Of a stretch of 64,000 nucleotides of DNA, positions 1-11,166 are shown in pieces. Source of the DNA: Pirellulales bacterium (GTDB taxonomy: Bacteria; Planctomycetota; Planctomycetia; Pirellulales; JAICIG01). A program made the position numbers and the translations under genes. Within the stretch, counting starts at the first letter, position 1, and the number at the start of each line of letters is the position of its first letter. The notes beneath the pieces are model-generated. The model searched no databases. It saw only the letters and a list, made by a program, of their open reading frames with translations, and was not told where the DNA came from. The stretch is taken from positions 180,700 to 244,699 of the forward strand of contig JBBDYJ010000041.1 in assembly GCA_040901675.1 (NCBI GenBank), given 5' to 3'.

Positions 1-60
1 CGGCTTGGCGCCTTGCGGCCTGAACAATCAGAAGAGGCACGACCGGCCGGGAGGACTCGA

Positions 61-1224
61 ATGCACGCCAACCAACGAGGGCCGCAAGCTCAAATCATGG
101 TGAGTTGGCTTTCCTGCGTGGCCCTCGGCGCCTGCCTGGCTATGCTGGCGCTGCACGCGGCGGTTTCACCGGCATACGCCGAAATCCTGCCCACCAGCGG
201 CACGTTCGAAGGCGTTTATCGTCGGGATCGTTGGGGTGTCGGCCAATTCGCCTTTTATAGCGTGGCCCCCGACTTGCACAAAAAGCTCAAGCCGTACGAG
301 GGAAAGCGAATTTCCCTGGAAGTAAAAAAGGCCACGCAGCGCATGAATCCTGGCCCAGGCGTCATCGAGAAAATCGGCGCGATCAAGCTTCTGGTCGATT
401 TGCCGCTCGCCATCGAGCTGGCCACAATGGCTGGCCGTCTCGATCATCGCGGCGGGCCGGAAATCGAGGTGGCCTGCTTCCTGCACAATCAAGGCCAGGA
501 CACCGTCTCTCTTTCCGCTCGAGACGTTCATCTGAATGTCCACGCTGACAACCGTCAGAAGCAGTATGTTCACTGGATCAACGGCAACCTTGTCTCTGCA
601 ACGTTGTTCGATTTCTCACACATCGACAGCGGGAATCACCTGACGATCGAGCCGGGCGACACATTCCCATTGGTCGCCCGCATTTCGCTGGCGCCCGGAC
701 AGTACGAAGCCCATGTACATGCCAGGTGGCGCATCGGCCAGAATCCCCAGGTTGCAACGGTGGCCTGGTTCCCGCTGGACGTTGTCGAGCAACCGGTGGT
801 CAAGGCCGCAGGCCGGCAGCAACTCAAACAAGGCAAGAGCCCCGACATGGGCCTGGAGGTGGTCGACGTGGAGTATTTGCCGCCGGACGACCTGGTCGAG
901 TGGTCGTACCTTTCGTTTACGCTCCGCTCTGCCCCTGGGACAAAGCGGCGTATTGCGGTTGCCATGAGCGGCTGGGGCGTGGAACCCTCGCTCGCCGGAG
1001 TGCTGAGTGTCATGGATGCCGCCGGCCACCGTCTCAAGGTCGAAGTTCAGCACCGCGTCGGGAACGATCTCCCCTTTCGCATGATGCCCCTGACGCGACA
1101 GGGAATTCCCACCACGATCGGTTTCAAACGGTACGGCGGTGGCAAACTCGACACGCCCGTCGATCGCATCAAGCTCGAAATCCTCACCGACCGCGGCCTG
1201 GCCGCAGTCTGGCTCTCGCCGTAA
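61..1224 (+). CDS. secreted hypothetical protein
   Basis: Long ORF with a signal-peptide-like segment (VALGACLAMLALHAAVSPAYA-E); start codon uncertain. Confidence 0.6.
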   Translation: MHANQRGPQAQIMVSWLSCVALGACLAMLALHAAVSPAYAEILPTSGTFEGVYRRDRWGVGQFAFYSVAPDLHKKLKPYEGKRISLEVKKATQRMNPGPGVIEKIGAIKLLVDLPLAIELATMAGRLDHRGGPEIEVACFLHNQGQDTVSLSARDVHLNVHADNRQKQYVHWINGNLVSATLFDFSHIDSGNHLTIEPGDTFPLVARISLAPGQYEAHVHARWRIGQNPQVATVAWFPLDVVEQPVVKAAGRQQLKQGKSPDMGLEVVDVEYLPPDDLVEWSYLSFTLRSAPGTKRRIAVAMSGWGVEPSLAGVLSVMDAAGHRLKVEVQHRVGNDLPFRMMPLTRQGIPTTIGFKRYGGGKLDTPVDRIKLEILTDRGLAAVWLSP

Positions 1225-1240
1225 CGTCAACATGCGGTCT

Positions 1241-1372
1241 TCACCCCGGTGGCGTCTTGCGCTTCGGTGGGAATTCTTCTTCGACCTGCTGGCGGATTGT
1301 TCGATCGCGTGCAGCCTGTTCCGCCGATATCCGGTCGGTTCGTTCGCGACGCTTGATCGGTTTCTTCGACAT
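1241..1372 (-). pseudogene. short fragment resembling the N-terminus of a planctomycete HTH/antitoxin protein
   Basis: MSKKPIKRRERTDRISAEQAARDRTIRQQVEEEFPP, then stops with no HTH domain. Confidence 0.3.
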
Positions 1373-1500
1373 GCTCATCGACTGGCCCTGCCACCATTCA
1401 AGGCGATTCGCCCTGCTTTTGCAACCAGAGTTGCCCTGTCCGGCCGCTTCAGGGAAAATCAAGACTGAGAAACCAGCCTCACTCCGCGGGAGACGCTTGC

Positions 1501-2820
1501 ATGGCATCTGCTATCACCGCGCGCCATTGGAGGCTCGACGAGATCGAGTCGAAAATCTGCCACGTGGCGGCCGAGCAATTGGACCTGCGGCGGGCGGACG
1601 TCGGCCCCCACTCGCGGCTCATCGAGGATCTCAACTGCGACAGCTTGGAGCTGGTCGAGCTAATCATGAAGATCGAGGAAATCTTCGCTGTCACGATACC
1701 CGACGGCCCGTCCAACGACGCCTGTAAGGCCGTTTTCGCCCGGCAGCCCTTTCGGCTGCGCGACCTGGCGGAGGTGGTCTATCTTCAACAGGGCATGCCA
1801 AGGCAGCGCCGCACGGGTTGGAAGGGATGGCCCATCGAAGCTCCCGCGGGCACCGCCATTCCCTTCACGCAGCTCGGCGGCCGCTTCGACCGCGGAAGTT
1901 CCAACGGCATCTTGTACGAGCCGTTGGAACGCGGAAGGGACGGCCTCCCCATGTTTCGCCGCCGCACCGACGGCATGCGCTGCGCGCTGCTGCCGGCGGC
2001 AAGCGTTGAAATCGGAAACGCCTCCCGCTCGGCGGCTCCCGACGAACAACCCCTGCATACCGCGGCGATCGACGAGTTTTTGATCGACGCCGAGCCTGTT
2101 TCCGCGACCGCCTACGCCAGGTTCTTGAACTCAATCGGCTACGTCGACGGACAAATGCTCCTCGACTGGTTCATGTTGGAGGCCGGCGACCACCGCTGCG
2201 AGCATGAGCTGCTTATCCACGACGACGGGCGGTGGCAACCTTTGCCGGGCACCGAGCGGTTCCCGATGGTGCTGGTCTCCTGGTATGGCGCCAACGCCTA
2301 CTCGCTGTGGGCCAACGGCCGCGACTGGCTCGACTACCGGGAGACTGATTCACGCGACTTCGACGACCAGTTCAGCTTTTTGCCAAGCGAGGCGCAATGG
2401 GAGTACGCTGCTCGCGGCCCGATGTCCTACGAATACCCCTGGGGTGACGGCGAGCCAGCGCCCGACCGGCTTCGCAGCGACCGACACCGCGTGGGCCAGG
2501 AGTATACGGCGGCAAGCTTGCCGATGTCCGCCGTGAATGAAGAACTGGGCATGTCGCCGTTGGGCCTGCACCACATGGCGGGCAACGTCTGGCACTGGTG
2601 CCGCGACTGGTACGATCCCGCGTTCTATCGATCGGCCCAGGCCACTTGGCGAAACCCCCAGAACCGCCGGCCAACCGGGGTCAAGAGCGAACGCGGCGGT
2701 AGTTGGGTCGGCCCCGCCACACTGGCCCGCTGCTCGTACCGCCGCGCCCGGCCGCCGCTGGCCCGCGGCCGCTGTCTCGGCTTCCGCTGCCTGGGCGACG
2801 CGGCCGGCGCAAGAAAGTGA
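1501..2820 (+). CDS. acyl carrier protein + FGE/SUMF1-sulfatase-modifying-domain fusion
   Basis: N-terminal DLNCDSLELVEL phosphopantetheine motif; C-terminal LPSEAQWEYAARG, YPWG, HMAGNVWHWC, RGGSW and GFRC motifs. Confidence 0.85.
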   Translation: MASAITARHWRLDEIESKICHVAAEQLDLRRADVGPHSRLIEDLNCDSLELVELIMKIEEIFAVTIPDGPSNDACKAVFARQPFRLRDLAEVVYLQQGMPRQRRTGWKGWPIEAPAGTAIPFTQLGGRFDRGSSNGILYEPLERGRDGLPMFRRRTDGMRCALLPAASVEIGNASRSAAPDEQPLHTAAIDEFLIDAEPVSATAYARFLNSIGYVDGQMLLDWFMLEAGDHRCEHELLIHDDGRWQPLPGTERFPMVLVSWYGANAYSLWANGRDWLDYRETDSRDFDDQFSFLPSEAQWEYAARGPMSYEYPWGDGEPAPDRLRSDRHRVGQEYTAASLPMSAVNEELGMSPLGLHHMAGNVWHWCRDWYDPAFYRSAQATWRNPQNRRPTGVKSERGGSWVGPATLARCSYRRARPPLARGRCLGFRCLGDAAGARK

Positions 2821-2899
2821 GCGGGTAGCTGGTCTGCCAATCACGCGCCTTTTCCTGCGTGGCGGGTTAAAATCACGGCATGGACGCGAACCACACCCG

Positions 2900-3442
2900 G
2901 TTGCCCGCCGCGCCGACGCCAACGGCAAGCCGATGCACAGTTGGCGCGTGTTGTTGCTCCCGTATTTGGAGAACCGTACTCTCTACCAGCAGTACGACTT
3001 CAACGAACCGTGGAATGGCCCCAATAACCGTCGCCTGGCCAAGTACTGTATCACCTGGTTTCGCTGTCCCCACAGCAAGTCCCCATTCGCCGAGACGAAC
3101 TATGTTGTCGTCGTCGGCTCCCAGACGCTCTGGCCGGGCGCAGCCTGCGGGAGTTTCGACGACGTTCCGGATGGCACGCCGCAGACCGTGCTGGTCGTCG
3201 AGACAGCCAGTTCGGGCATCCTTTGGAGCGAGCCGCGCGACCTGGACGTGTCGACGATGAACGTGACGATCAACTCCGCGGGGGGCAAAGGCATCTCGAG
3301 CCAGCACCCGGGCGGCGCGAATGTTGTGATGGCCGACGGCTCCGTGCGGTTGCTACCGGACTCCACGACGTGGCAGTCCCTCCACGCGGTTCTGACCCGC
3401 AACGGCGGCGAGGATGTCGCCAAACTACTGGGCGACCAATAA
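2900..3442 (+). pseudogene. DUF1559 (H-X9-DG) protein, 5'-truncated
   Basis: GKPMHSWRVLLLPYLE and HPGGANVVMADGSVR present; no N-terminal prepilin/TM part. Confidence 0.7.
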
Positions 3443-3539
3443 CGCCGCGGGCTGCGCCGCGCTCGCTTTCTTCTTCCGCACTTTCGTGTGCGCTCCTGTC
3501 GAGACCATCAAGAGCGACCTGCCCCGTCGCGATCCTGGC

Positions 3540-4133
3540 TCATCGTTCGGACAGCGCATAAGCCTCCTCCGAATAGGGATCGTCCTCGGAGAACGCTGGT
3601 GGGGCTGGCGGATAGAAAACCCAGTACAGGCCGAAGACAAGAAGCAGGCCGCCCACCCCGCCGCACACGAGCAAAAAATAGAAGCCCACCTTCTTGTTTG
3701 ATTTGTGGTCGTCATAGCCAAGCACTTCAACGCTCATCAATTGGCCGTTGTGGATCGCCGCCGTATCCTGTACGACCTGATCGATCTCCTTGGTCCAGTA
3801 CCGCCGACCCGAAATCAATTGGCCTTCGACGATGTTTCCGCTGAGATTCGGGTTCAACAACGCAATAAGCCAACGGTCCTCGACCTGAACCAGGTAGATT
3901 GTCCCCAAGACCATTTCGCTGAGCGATGTCACCAGGTCAGCATCCGTCGGGACCAGTTGGTCGGCGGTGAATCGGACCCAGCGGCTGGGCAGCCGCGCGA
4001 GGTCGTCGACCTTCACGAGGTCGGCCGCGGAAATCTCGACCGGGCCGTTATGGAGGTAGTTGATGTCGTCTTGAAAGTACCACAGGCCCCCCGCGCATGT
4101 CGCAAAACTCAATACTGCGCAGATCAGGAACAT
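3540..4133 (-). CDS. membrane hypothetical protein, possibly 5'-truncated
   Basis: Two TM segments flanking a soluble domain. Confidence 0.55.
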   Translation of the reverse strand: MFLICAVLSFATCAGGLWYFQDDINYLHNGPVEISAADLVKVDDLARLPSRWVRFTADQLVPTDADLVTSLSEMVLGTIYLVQVEDRWLIALLNPNLSGNIVEGQLISGRRYWTKEIDQVVQDTAAIHNGQLMSVEVLGYDDHKSNKKVGFYFLLVCGGVGGLLLVFGLYWVFYPPAPPAFSEDDPYSEEAYALSER

Positions 4134-4141
4134 ACTGGTAC

Positions 4142-4737
4142 ATGGAAACCTACCTCGGCTGCGACACCATCACCCTGGATCGAAAGAACTACCGGTTCAG
4201 CGGCACGAATGCTCCCGGCATCGTCTATATCCCGCCCAGCGCGGCGCCGGGAAGCCTCCACGTGGATCGGATCGGCTCCCGGCGGTGGGCGGTCGCCCCC
4301 GGCCGGTTCTCGGTCCGCTTGAAAACGGAGATCTATGTCGAGCTGCTCAATCGCGAGACCCGCCGCGCGCACACCTTGGTGATCCGAGGCCCGGGCGTAA
4401 CCGCGATGCAGCAAGAACGCGCGTGGCTGCCGAGCAATCTTTGGGACGCGAATTATCTGTGCTTCACGACCAAGCAGCCGGCGCCTTCTTCGATTTCGAT
4501 CCGGCACACGGCGTCTACTGGTGGAACATTCTGAGCGGCGCGGACCAGAAGGGTCACGGATTCAAAGTGGCCAACAAGCGGCTGAGCTATTTTGCCAACC
4601 TGCCTGTCTTCTGGTGGCTGCACGCGGATCGGGATGCGCGTGCCGGCGTCTTCGATGTCCGTTACCTTCTTCGCTACGGAAGCGGAAGACCAACTTGGCC
4701 CCTGCGGCTCTCAAAGCAGAGTTGGCCGACGACGTAA
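4142..4737 (+). pseudogene. frameshifted hypothetical gene fragment
   Basis: Protein-like sequence passes from ORF 4097..4534 to ORF 4285..4737 near 4480. Confidence 0.35.
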
Positions 4738-4886
4738 GCTGTCCCGGCCTTCAGCGATGCACTCGCGACCTCGGTCACCTTCCGGGAGGCGCTTGTCCGC
4801 TTGGACCATGCCGATATATGGTAAGCTGGTAGCGCGTCGAAAACCGCGCTGTGCGCCGCCTTCCGTTGCTGATGGGTTCAAACGCT

Positions 4887-5108
4887 ATGCCATCGTCCGG
4901 CGATGATCGGTTGGCAATGGTTCGCCATTGGCAGCGAGTCGGTCCGCTTTTGGAGCAAGTCCGCCAGCGAGAGCTCCGCGCCATGGACGATGCCGCGGCC
5001 CGCGTGGCGATCGAACGCGTGTTGGAGCTGGGCGCGGCGCTGCCCGCCGTTCGAACCACGAGCGGCCTCGTTGAGCAACAGCGGCTGTTTCAGAAGTGGC
5101 GCCGATGA
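4887..5108 (+). CDS. small protein, putative antitoxin-like partner
   Basis: ATGA overlap with the downstream nucleotidyltransferase gene. Confidence 0.6.
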   Translation: MPSSGDDRLAMVRHWQRVGPLLEQVRQRELRAMDDAAARVAIERVLELGAALPAVRTTSGLVEQQRLFQKWRR

Positions 5109-5671
5109 ACCAGATCCTGGCCGCCGCGCTCGAGCTGCAAGAGTTTCTCCAGGAACGGAACTGGCGTTTTTGCATTATCGGCGGATTGGCGGTGGCACGA
5201 TGGGGCCAGCCCAGGGCAACGCAGGACGTGGATTTGAGCTTGTTCGCGGGCCTGGGCAGCGAGGAGCAGTACGTCGACCCTCTCTTGGAGCGGTTTCGTG
5301 CACGCGTCACCAATGCCCGCGACTTCGCGCTGGCCAGCCGGGTAGTCCTGCTCGATGCGAGCAACGGCGTGCCTCTCGATATTGCCCTTGCGGCCTACGA
5401 TTTCGAAGAGCGCGTCATTGCCCGCGCGTCGCCATTCCAGTTTGCCGCGGGCTTGGAACTCGTCACGGCCTCCTTGGAAGACGTGCTGGTTTTGAAAGCA
5501 TTTGCGGATCGGCCGCAGGACTGGGCGGACGTCGAAGGCATTGCCGTGCGGCAAGCTGGCTGCATCGATTGGGACTATGTCGAAACGGAGTTGGGCCCGC
5601 TCTGTGAGCTGAAGGAAACCCGTGAGCCGCTGGCGCGGCTCCAGGAGATTCAAGCACGGCTCGGCCACTGA
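5105..5671 (+). CDS. nucleotidyltransferase (AbiEii/DUF6036-like)
   Basis: IIGGLAV...RATQDVD catalytic motif; LKAFADRPQDWADV. Confidence 0.75.
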   Translation: MNQILAAALELQEFLQERNWRFCIIGGLAVARWGQPRATQDVDLSLFAGLGSEEQYVDPLLERFRARVTNARDFALASRVVLLDASNGVPLDIALAAYDFEERVIARASPFQFAAGLELVTASLEDVLVLKAFADRPQDWADVEGIAVRQAGCIDWDYVETELGPLCELKETREPLARLQEIQARLGH

Positions 5672-5696
5672 GTCCAGGGCCGCCGAGGAAAGACCA

Positions 5697-5936
5697 ATGG
5701 GACTCTTGCAAAAGCTGATCATCTCGATTGTCCCCAGGCGCTGGGCCCAGGCCATGGAGGCGGAGTCCCGCGCCTGGCGGATGCGATGTCCCTGCGGCCA
5801 CGAGGTATCGATCTGGGAAATCGGAGGCATTCGCTACAAGGCGGTTGGCAACCCCAGGCGCCTCTACCGCTGCCCCCACTGCGGCCTGACCTGGCACACC
5901 CTCTACAAGCGATCGGCGGAATCAGGCCCGTCATGA
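5697..5936 (+). CDS. small zinc-ribbon protein
   Basis: CPCGH and CPHCG motifs; GAGGA RBS upstream. Confidence 0.65.
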   Translation: MGLLQKLIISIVPRRWAQAMEAESRAWRMRCPCGHEVSIWEIGGIRYKAVGNPRRLYRCPHCGLTWHTLYKRSAESGPS

Positions 5937-5947
5937 GGTCAACCGCG

Positions 5948-6301
5948 CTAAACCATAACGAGCAAGAACGCCAACGCGAGCATGGCGGCGCCAATCACCA
6001 GGCTCCGGGAAAGAAAGCTCGGGTGCGAAACAAACAGGGCGCCCAGGGCGAGTGCCGCAACGGCCAGGACCGCCGCAACGATGTGCAGGACGTCGGCTGC
6101 GAGGACATGGTCACTTCGACGGGCCTCTCCTCGCGCGGCCGCCATCATCGCGCGTGATGCAAACGAGAGCGACGAAAGCTGGGCCAGAATGCTCGCACTT
6201 GAACAGATAATGCTCATCACGGGGCACCATCGAGGCAGACGAGCGCCCCAACTATTCCACGTCACGCCACCTGCAGGAGCCTTGTACGGATTGTTGTCCA
6301 C
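5948..6301 (-). CDS. small membrane protein, likely leaderless
   Basis: MDNNPYKAP start and three TM segments; TGC-TACTCT -10 lies 6 nt before the GTG. Confidence 0.55.
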   Translation of the reverse strand: MDNNPYKAPAGGVTWNSWGARLPRWCPVMSIICSSASILAQLSSLSFASRAMMAAARGEARRSDHVLAADVLHIVAAVLAVAALALGALFVSHPSFLSRSLVIGAAMLALAFLLVMV

Positions 6302-6372
6302 GCCCCCAGAGTAGCATTCTCCGGCCACCTGGGCCAACTTGGCCGCGCCGCTGGACTCTTGCCCGAAGCCGC

Positions 6373-7407
6373 TTACTTCTCGATCCTCAGCAGCCGGCCG
6401 TTGAGGCTGTCGGCGATCCATAGCGCGCCGTCAGGACCGACCGCCACCCCGTGCGGCTCTTTCAGCGCCGTCGCCCCGGCCGAGCTGCCGGCGGGCCCCT
6501 CCCCCTTCTGCCCGGTGCCGGCCACCGTCGTCAACGTCTCCGCCCGCGGCGAGTAGCGGCGGATGCAGTGGTTGTTCGAGTCGGCCACCAGCACGTCGCC
6601 CGACGGCTCGATCCACAAAAACTTCGACCCGTTCAACGTGCATTTCAGCGCTGGGCCGTCGGAGGCCGGACCGGCCTGGCCCGTGCCGGCCACCGTGCGG
6701 ATGCGGCCCTGCCCGTCGACCACTCGCAAGGCGTTCCCGCTGCGCTCCAGGATCCAGATGCGGCCTTGAGCGTCTCTCGCCACGGCCCGCGGATCGACCA
6801 GCGGCGACTCGGCCGCCAGCGCCCCGTCGTCGGGCACGCCCTGCTTTCCGTTCCCCGCCACGGTGCGGATCACCCCATCAGCCACGGCGCGAATGCGGCG
6901 GTTGCCCAGGTCCGCCAGCAAGAAGCCGTCGGGGGCGGCAACCACGTGGTACGCCTGGTTGATACGGGCATCGCGCGCGGGCCCGCCATCGCCCGCGAAT
7001 CCTTCCCGCGGCCCACCGGCCTCCGTGGTCACCTGCCTCGTCCGGCCATCGATTCGCCTCACCGCGTGGTTCGACGTGTCCGACACCAACAGATCGCCGT
7101 CGGCCAGCACCACCACGTTGTGCGGCTGGTTGAAGCGGGCCTTGTCGCCCGGCCCATCGCGATAGCCCTGTTGACCGTCGCCTGCCAGGACCTCGACGGC
7201 TCCGCCGGTGGTGACCCGGCAGATCCGGTGCCCGCCGAAATCGGCCACCACCAGCGAGCCGTCGGGCAGGAAATCGAGTCCGAACGGAATTGTCAGCGTC
7301 GGGTGGTCGTCCACCACCACGACCACTTGCTCATCCGCCCCGGCCGGTCCCGCCAGCAGCATCGCCACCACCACGAGCCATGCGTAACGCATATCAAATC
7401 CTTTCAT
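6373..7407 (-). CDS. secreted NHL-repeat (beta-propeller) protein
   Basis: Repeated ADxxNHxIR and TVAGTG motifs; signal peptide. Confidence 0.85.
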   Translation of the reverse strand: MKGFDMRYAWLVVVAMLLAGPAGADEQVVVVVDDHPTLTIPFGLDFLPDGSLVVADFGGHRICRVTTGGAVEVLAGDGQQGYRDGPGDKARFNQPHNVVVLADGDLLVSDTSNHAVRRIDGRTRQVTTEAGGPREGFAGDGGPARDARINQAYHVVAAPDGFLLADLGNRRIRAVADGVIRTVAGNGKQGVPDDGALAAESPLVDPRAVARDAQGRIWILERSGNALRVVDGQGRIRTVAGTGQAGPASDGPALKCTLNGSKFLWIEPSGDVLVADSNNHCIRRYSPRAETLTTVAGTGQKGEGPAGSSAGATALKEPHGVAVGPDGALWIADSLNGRLLRIEK

Positions 7408-7799
7408 TTGCAGGTATTTGCCTGGCGCCAGCTTAGCTGGTGGGAGTGCGGCGGCAAAGTGTTAGAATGCATGCAGTTCCCAGGGCCCTGTGACGATAGG
7501 TTCGATTATGCAGCAAGGCGATTTGCCGGACACAGGCACCGACGATCCATGCCGAGCCGTCCATAGTTTGCCCCAGTTCGATCATCCTCCGGTAAGCGAA
7601 GTGGCAAAGGGCCTATTGGCTCCCGCCTATAGCCGGCCACGCATCTTCTCGGAAAGAGTGTCTCTCCCGCTCGGACAGCTCCGGCGTTGGAAGCCACGAA
7701 TCGTCCTCGACCGACGTTCGAGCGAGGGCGAAGATGGCTGAAGAATGGTATGAGTGCTTCTCCGCTGGCAAGCCTTTCCGCGACCGTCTGGCGTATCCC

Positions 7800-9389
7800 A
7801 TGCCGCACGTTCTGGCCGCCTTGCTTCTGGCACTCGCTGCCGTCCAGGCCGCCGCCGATGAACCCGCACGGCAGTCCCCCACGTCGGCTCCGAACATCAT
7901 CCTCATCATGGCCGACGACATGGGATTCTCGGACCTGGGCTGCTACGGCTCCCGGATCGCCACGCCCAATCTGGACGGCCTGGCCGCCGCAGGGCTCCGC
8001 TTCACCCAGTTCTACAACACGGGCCGCTGCTGCCCCACCCGCGCGGCCTTGCTCACCGGACTCTACTCCCACCAGGCCGGCGTCGGGCACATGGTCGCAA
8101 ACCGCGGCACGCCGGCCTACCAGGGCTATCTCAACGATCGCTCGGTCACGATTGCCGAGGTGCTGCGGTCGGCCGGCTATCGCACGTACCTGGCCGGCAA
8201 ATGGCACGTCGGTGAGAATCGGCCGCATTGGCCCGTCGACCGCGGCTTCGAGCGGTCGTATGCCTTGGTCAGCGGCGGCACCAATTACTTCCGGCTCGAT
8301 CCGGGCCGCACGCTGGCCCGCGACGACCAGCTCATCCAACCCGAAGACGACTGGTATGTCACCGATGCGATCAGCGGCAACGCGGTGGAGTTCCTCAGCG
8401 AGCACCCGGTCGGCGAGCCGTTCTTCCTCTACGTCGGCTACACGGCGCCCCACTGGCCGTTGCACGCCTTGCCGGACGACATCGCCCGCTACCAGGGCAA
8501 CTACCTCGATGGCTGGGACCTGCTGCGCATCCGGCGGCACCGGCGGATGATCGAGCTGGGCATTGTCGAGCCGGCCTGGCCGCTCACGCCGCGCGACAAG
8601 GCTGCTGCGGCCTGGGCCGATCTGGACGACGCGGCACAGCAGGCCTGGGACTTGAAGATGGCCGTCTACGCCGCCCAGATCGACCGCATGGATCAGGGCA
8701 TCGGCCGTATTCTGTCGCAGCTCGACACGCTGGGCGCGAAGGATAACACGCTCGTGCTGTTCCTTTCCGACAACGGCGGCTGCGCCGAGCAGATCGACCG
8801 CGGCACGCCGGGCGTGCCGCCCGGCGGCAAGGATTCGTTCCTGAGTTACGGCCTGCCCTGGGCCAACGCCAGCAATACGCCCTTCCGCCGCTACAAACAC
8901 TGGGTGCACGAAGGCGGCATTGCCACCCCGCTTATCGTTCGCTGGCCGGCGGTGGTCCGCGAGCCCGGCGACCTCACGCACCAGCCCGGCCACGTGATCG
9001 ACGTCATGGCCACTTGCCTGGCGGCGGCCGGGGTCGAGTATCCGCAAACGTTCGAGGAGAGCGAGATCACGCCCCTGGAGGGCAAGAGCCTGCTGCCGAT
9101 CTTCCGCGGCGAGACCCGCACCGGGCACGACTGCATCTTCTGGGAGCACGAGGGCAACCGGGCCGTTCGCCGAGGCCAGTGGAAGCTCGTGGCTCGGCAT
9201 CGCGGTCCCTGGGAGCTTTACGACCTGCAGGCCGACCGCACCGAGTTGGTCGACCTTTCCTCTCAGCAGCCGCAGCTCGTCGAGCAGTTAGCTGGTCAAT
9301 ACGAGGCCTGGGCCGAGCGTGTCGGCGTCGTGCCGTGGGGCCGTAGACGGCCGGCGCCCGAGATCCCTACGCCACCCCGTGGGTCTTGA
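7800..9389 (+). CDS. arylsulfatase (Cys-type)
   Basis: [20 protein letters not shown] and SDNG motifs. Confidence 0.92.
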   Translation: MPHVLAALLLALAAVQAAADEPARQSPTSAPNIILIMADDMGFSDLGCYGSRIATPNLDGLAAAGLRFTQFYNTGRCCPTRAALLTGLYSHQAGVGHMVANRGTPAYQGYLNDRSVTIAEVLRSAGYRTYLAGKWHVGENRPHWPVDRGFERSYALVSGGTNYFRLDPGRTLARDDQLIQPEDDWYVTDAISGNAVEFLSEHPVGEPFFLYVGYTAPHWPLHALPDDIARYQGNYLDGWDLLRIRRHRRMIELGIVEPAWPLTPRDKAAAAWADLDDAAQQAWDLKMAVYAAQIDRMDQGIGRILSQLDTLGAKDNTLVLFLSDNGGCAEQIDRGTPGVPPGGKDSFLSYGLPWANASNTPFRRYKHWVHEGGIATPLIVRWPAVVREPGDLTHQPGHVIDVMATCLAAAGVEYPQTFEESEITPLEGKSLLPIFRGETRTGHDCIFWEHEGNRAVRRGQWKLVARHRGPWELYDLQADRTELVDLSSQQPQLVEQLAGQYEAWAERVGVVPWGRRRPAPEIPTPPRGS

Positions 9390-10227
9390 ACCACTCCTGC
9401 AGCCGCTTCCAGCCGTCCTCGGCCGGCTCCTTGCGATAACTGGGCCGGTAGTCGGCGTGGAAACCGTGCGGCGCATCCGGGTACAGCACAATCTCCGACT
9501 TGCCCCCCGCCTCCTTCACCGCCGCCCGCATCTTCTCCACCGTTTCCTGGGGAATGCCCTGGTCCGCCCCGCCGTACAGGCCCAGCACCGGCGCCTTCAA
9601 CTCGCCCGCCATGTCCAGCGGGTGCTCGGGGTGCAGTTCGTCCTCCATGCCGACCAACCGGCCATACCAGGCCACGCCGGCCTTCAGATCCGGATTGTGC
9701 GCCGCGTACAGCCAGACGATCCGCCCGCCCCAGCAGAACCCCGTCACGCCCAGCTTCGACGTGTCTCCTTTGTTCTTCTTGGCCCAGCTCACGGCCGCGT
9801 CGAGGTCTGACATCACCTGCTTGTCGGGCACCTTGGAGACCACCTTCGAGATGATCTCCTGGAAGTCGGTCATCTTCGACACGTCGCCCTGCCGCGCATA
9901 CAGTTCCGGGGCCACGGCCAGGTAACCGAGCTTGGCCAGCCGGCGGCAGATGTCCTTGATGTGCTCGTGTACGCCGAAGATCTCCTGCACGACCAGCACC
10001 ACGGCAAACGACCGCCCCCGGGCCGGCATTGCGCGATAGGCCGGGATCTCCCCGTCCGGCACCGGAATCTTCACCTCGCCCGCTTCCAATCCCTCGGCAT
10101 CTGTCTCGATCGTATCGGCCGTCACCGGTTGCACGGCCAGCGCGAACCCCGAAGCCAACGTCGTGACCACGAACCCCCGGCGGCTCAGCTCGATCTTCGG
10201 CAGCAAACTAAGTAGGTCTTCGTGCAT
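9367..10227 (-). CDS. dienelactone hydrolase family protein
   Basis: [23 protein letters not shown]; Tat-like SRRGFV. Confidence 0.9.
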   Translation of the reverse strand: MHEDLLSLLPKIELSRRGFVVTTLASGFALAVQPVTADTIETDAEGLEAGEVKIPVPDGEIPAYRAMPARGRSFAVVLVVQEIFGVHEHIKDICRRLAKLGYLAVAPELYARQGDVSKMTDFQEIISKVVSKVPDKQVMSDLDAAVSWAKKNKGDTSKLGVTGFCWGGRIVWLYAAHNPDLKAGVAWYGRLVGMEDELHPEHPLDMAGELKAPVLGLYGGADQGIPQETVEKMRAAVKEAGGKSEIVLYPDAPHGFHADYRPSYRKEPAEDGWKRLQEWFKTHGVA

Positions 10228-10470
10228 CGTCGAATCTCCTCTTGGGCAGTTGTTTCCAGCATCAAGTCTCGGTTTCCGGACTGCCATGATAGCTTGGTTT
10301 GCGTGTCGGCGACAATGGACGGCGTGCCATCGTGCAACCGATGGAAATGCCCCCTCCGCCGCGGACCCTCGCACCGACCCCTGCCGTTGACGGTTCGCCG
10401 GACCCGGTGGAGAATCGGTTGCGGACTGCCTCTCCGTTGGGGCCGCAAGGCAGCCGGAGGTCAAAAATCC

Positions 10471-11163
10471 ATGAGCGCGAGCCCGCCGTCCGGCAGATGG
10501 CAGTTCAGTCTGCGCTCGCTCATGCTGATCACGCTCTGGGTCGCCGGCGGATTAGGCGTGACGCGGGCAGTGCCTTGGCTGGGCATTCTGTTTGTGGCCG
10601 CGACATTGCCGGCGGTCGGAAGGACCTGCAAGTTCGTCGCCCAGAGCAATGCGCGCGGTCGCCCCGTCGACACTCCGCTGCTTGCGGGCATGTTTCTCCG
10701 TTCGCTCGGAATCGTCGTCACGATGACAACCACCTCCCTGCTCGTGGTCCTCGGCGCTGCGGCTGCCGCGGCCCTCCTGGCCCTCGTGGCCGCCACGTCG
10801 CTGTGTCGACTCGCGGCTCCCTGGCTTGCTCGTCCTTACGCTCTGGCGGCCGCGTCGCTGCGGCGGGTTGTACGTAGTACCGCCTCGCTGGTAGCGATCA
10901 CCTGCCACTGGCTCCGCCGATTCCGGACCAGGATCCTGGGCTGGCCCCGGATCATCGCGGCCTCCCTCGGTGTGCTCATCGGCGGCTGCTGCACCCTGGG
11001 CCTGCTGGCGCTCATGGCCCTTATCTCGGCCGTGCAATTCGTAACGGATCGGTTCGCCCGTCTCCGTGGAGCGTCCCGCCGCTTGTTGGGTCAGGCGATG
11101 CTCGGGACGGCTCACCTCGTTGCCGTCGACCGCCAACTGCTGCGGCAGTTCCGCGCGCCATAA
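10471..11163 (+). CDS. membrane hypothetical protein
   Basis: [10 protein letters not shown]-terminus; several TM helices. Confidence 0.6.
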   Translation: MSASPPSGRWQFSLRSLMLITLWVAGGLGVTRAVPWLGILFVAATLPAVGRTCKFVAQSNARGRPVDTPLLAGMFLRSLGIVVTMTTTSLLVVLGAAAAAALLALVAATSLCRLAAPWLARPYALAAASLRRVVRSTASLVAITCHWLRRFRTRILGWPRIIAASLGVLIGGCCTLGLLALMALISAVQFVTDRFARLRGASRRLLGQAMLGTAHLVAVDRQLLRQFRAP

Positions 11164-11166
11164 CGT

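Noticed and set aside
1501..2820. DGR target (FGE/CLec fold)
   Set aside because: No template repeat or reverse transcriptase seen in the window.
7506..9200. long antisense ORFs (also 23003..24322, 26772..28487, 34541..36859, 39971..41911, 41664..43760, 61830..63503)
   Set aside because: Shadow frames of well-supported genes, typical of high-GC DNA.
1501..9389. FGE protein as maturase of the nearby arylsulfatase
   Set aside because: It lacks the catalytic Cys pair and is not operonic with the sulfatase.
10240..10300. riboswitch upstream of the dienelactone hydrolase
   Set aside because: Only a short GGCAGT/ACTGCC stem; no recognisable aptamer consensus.
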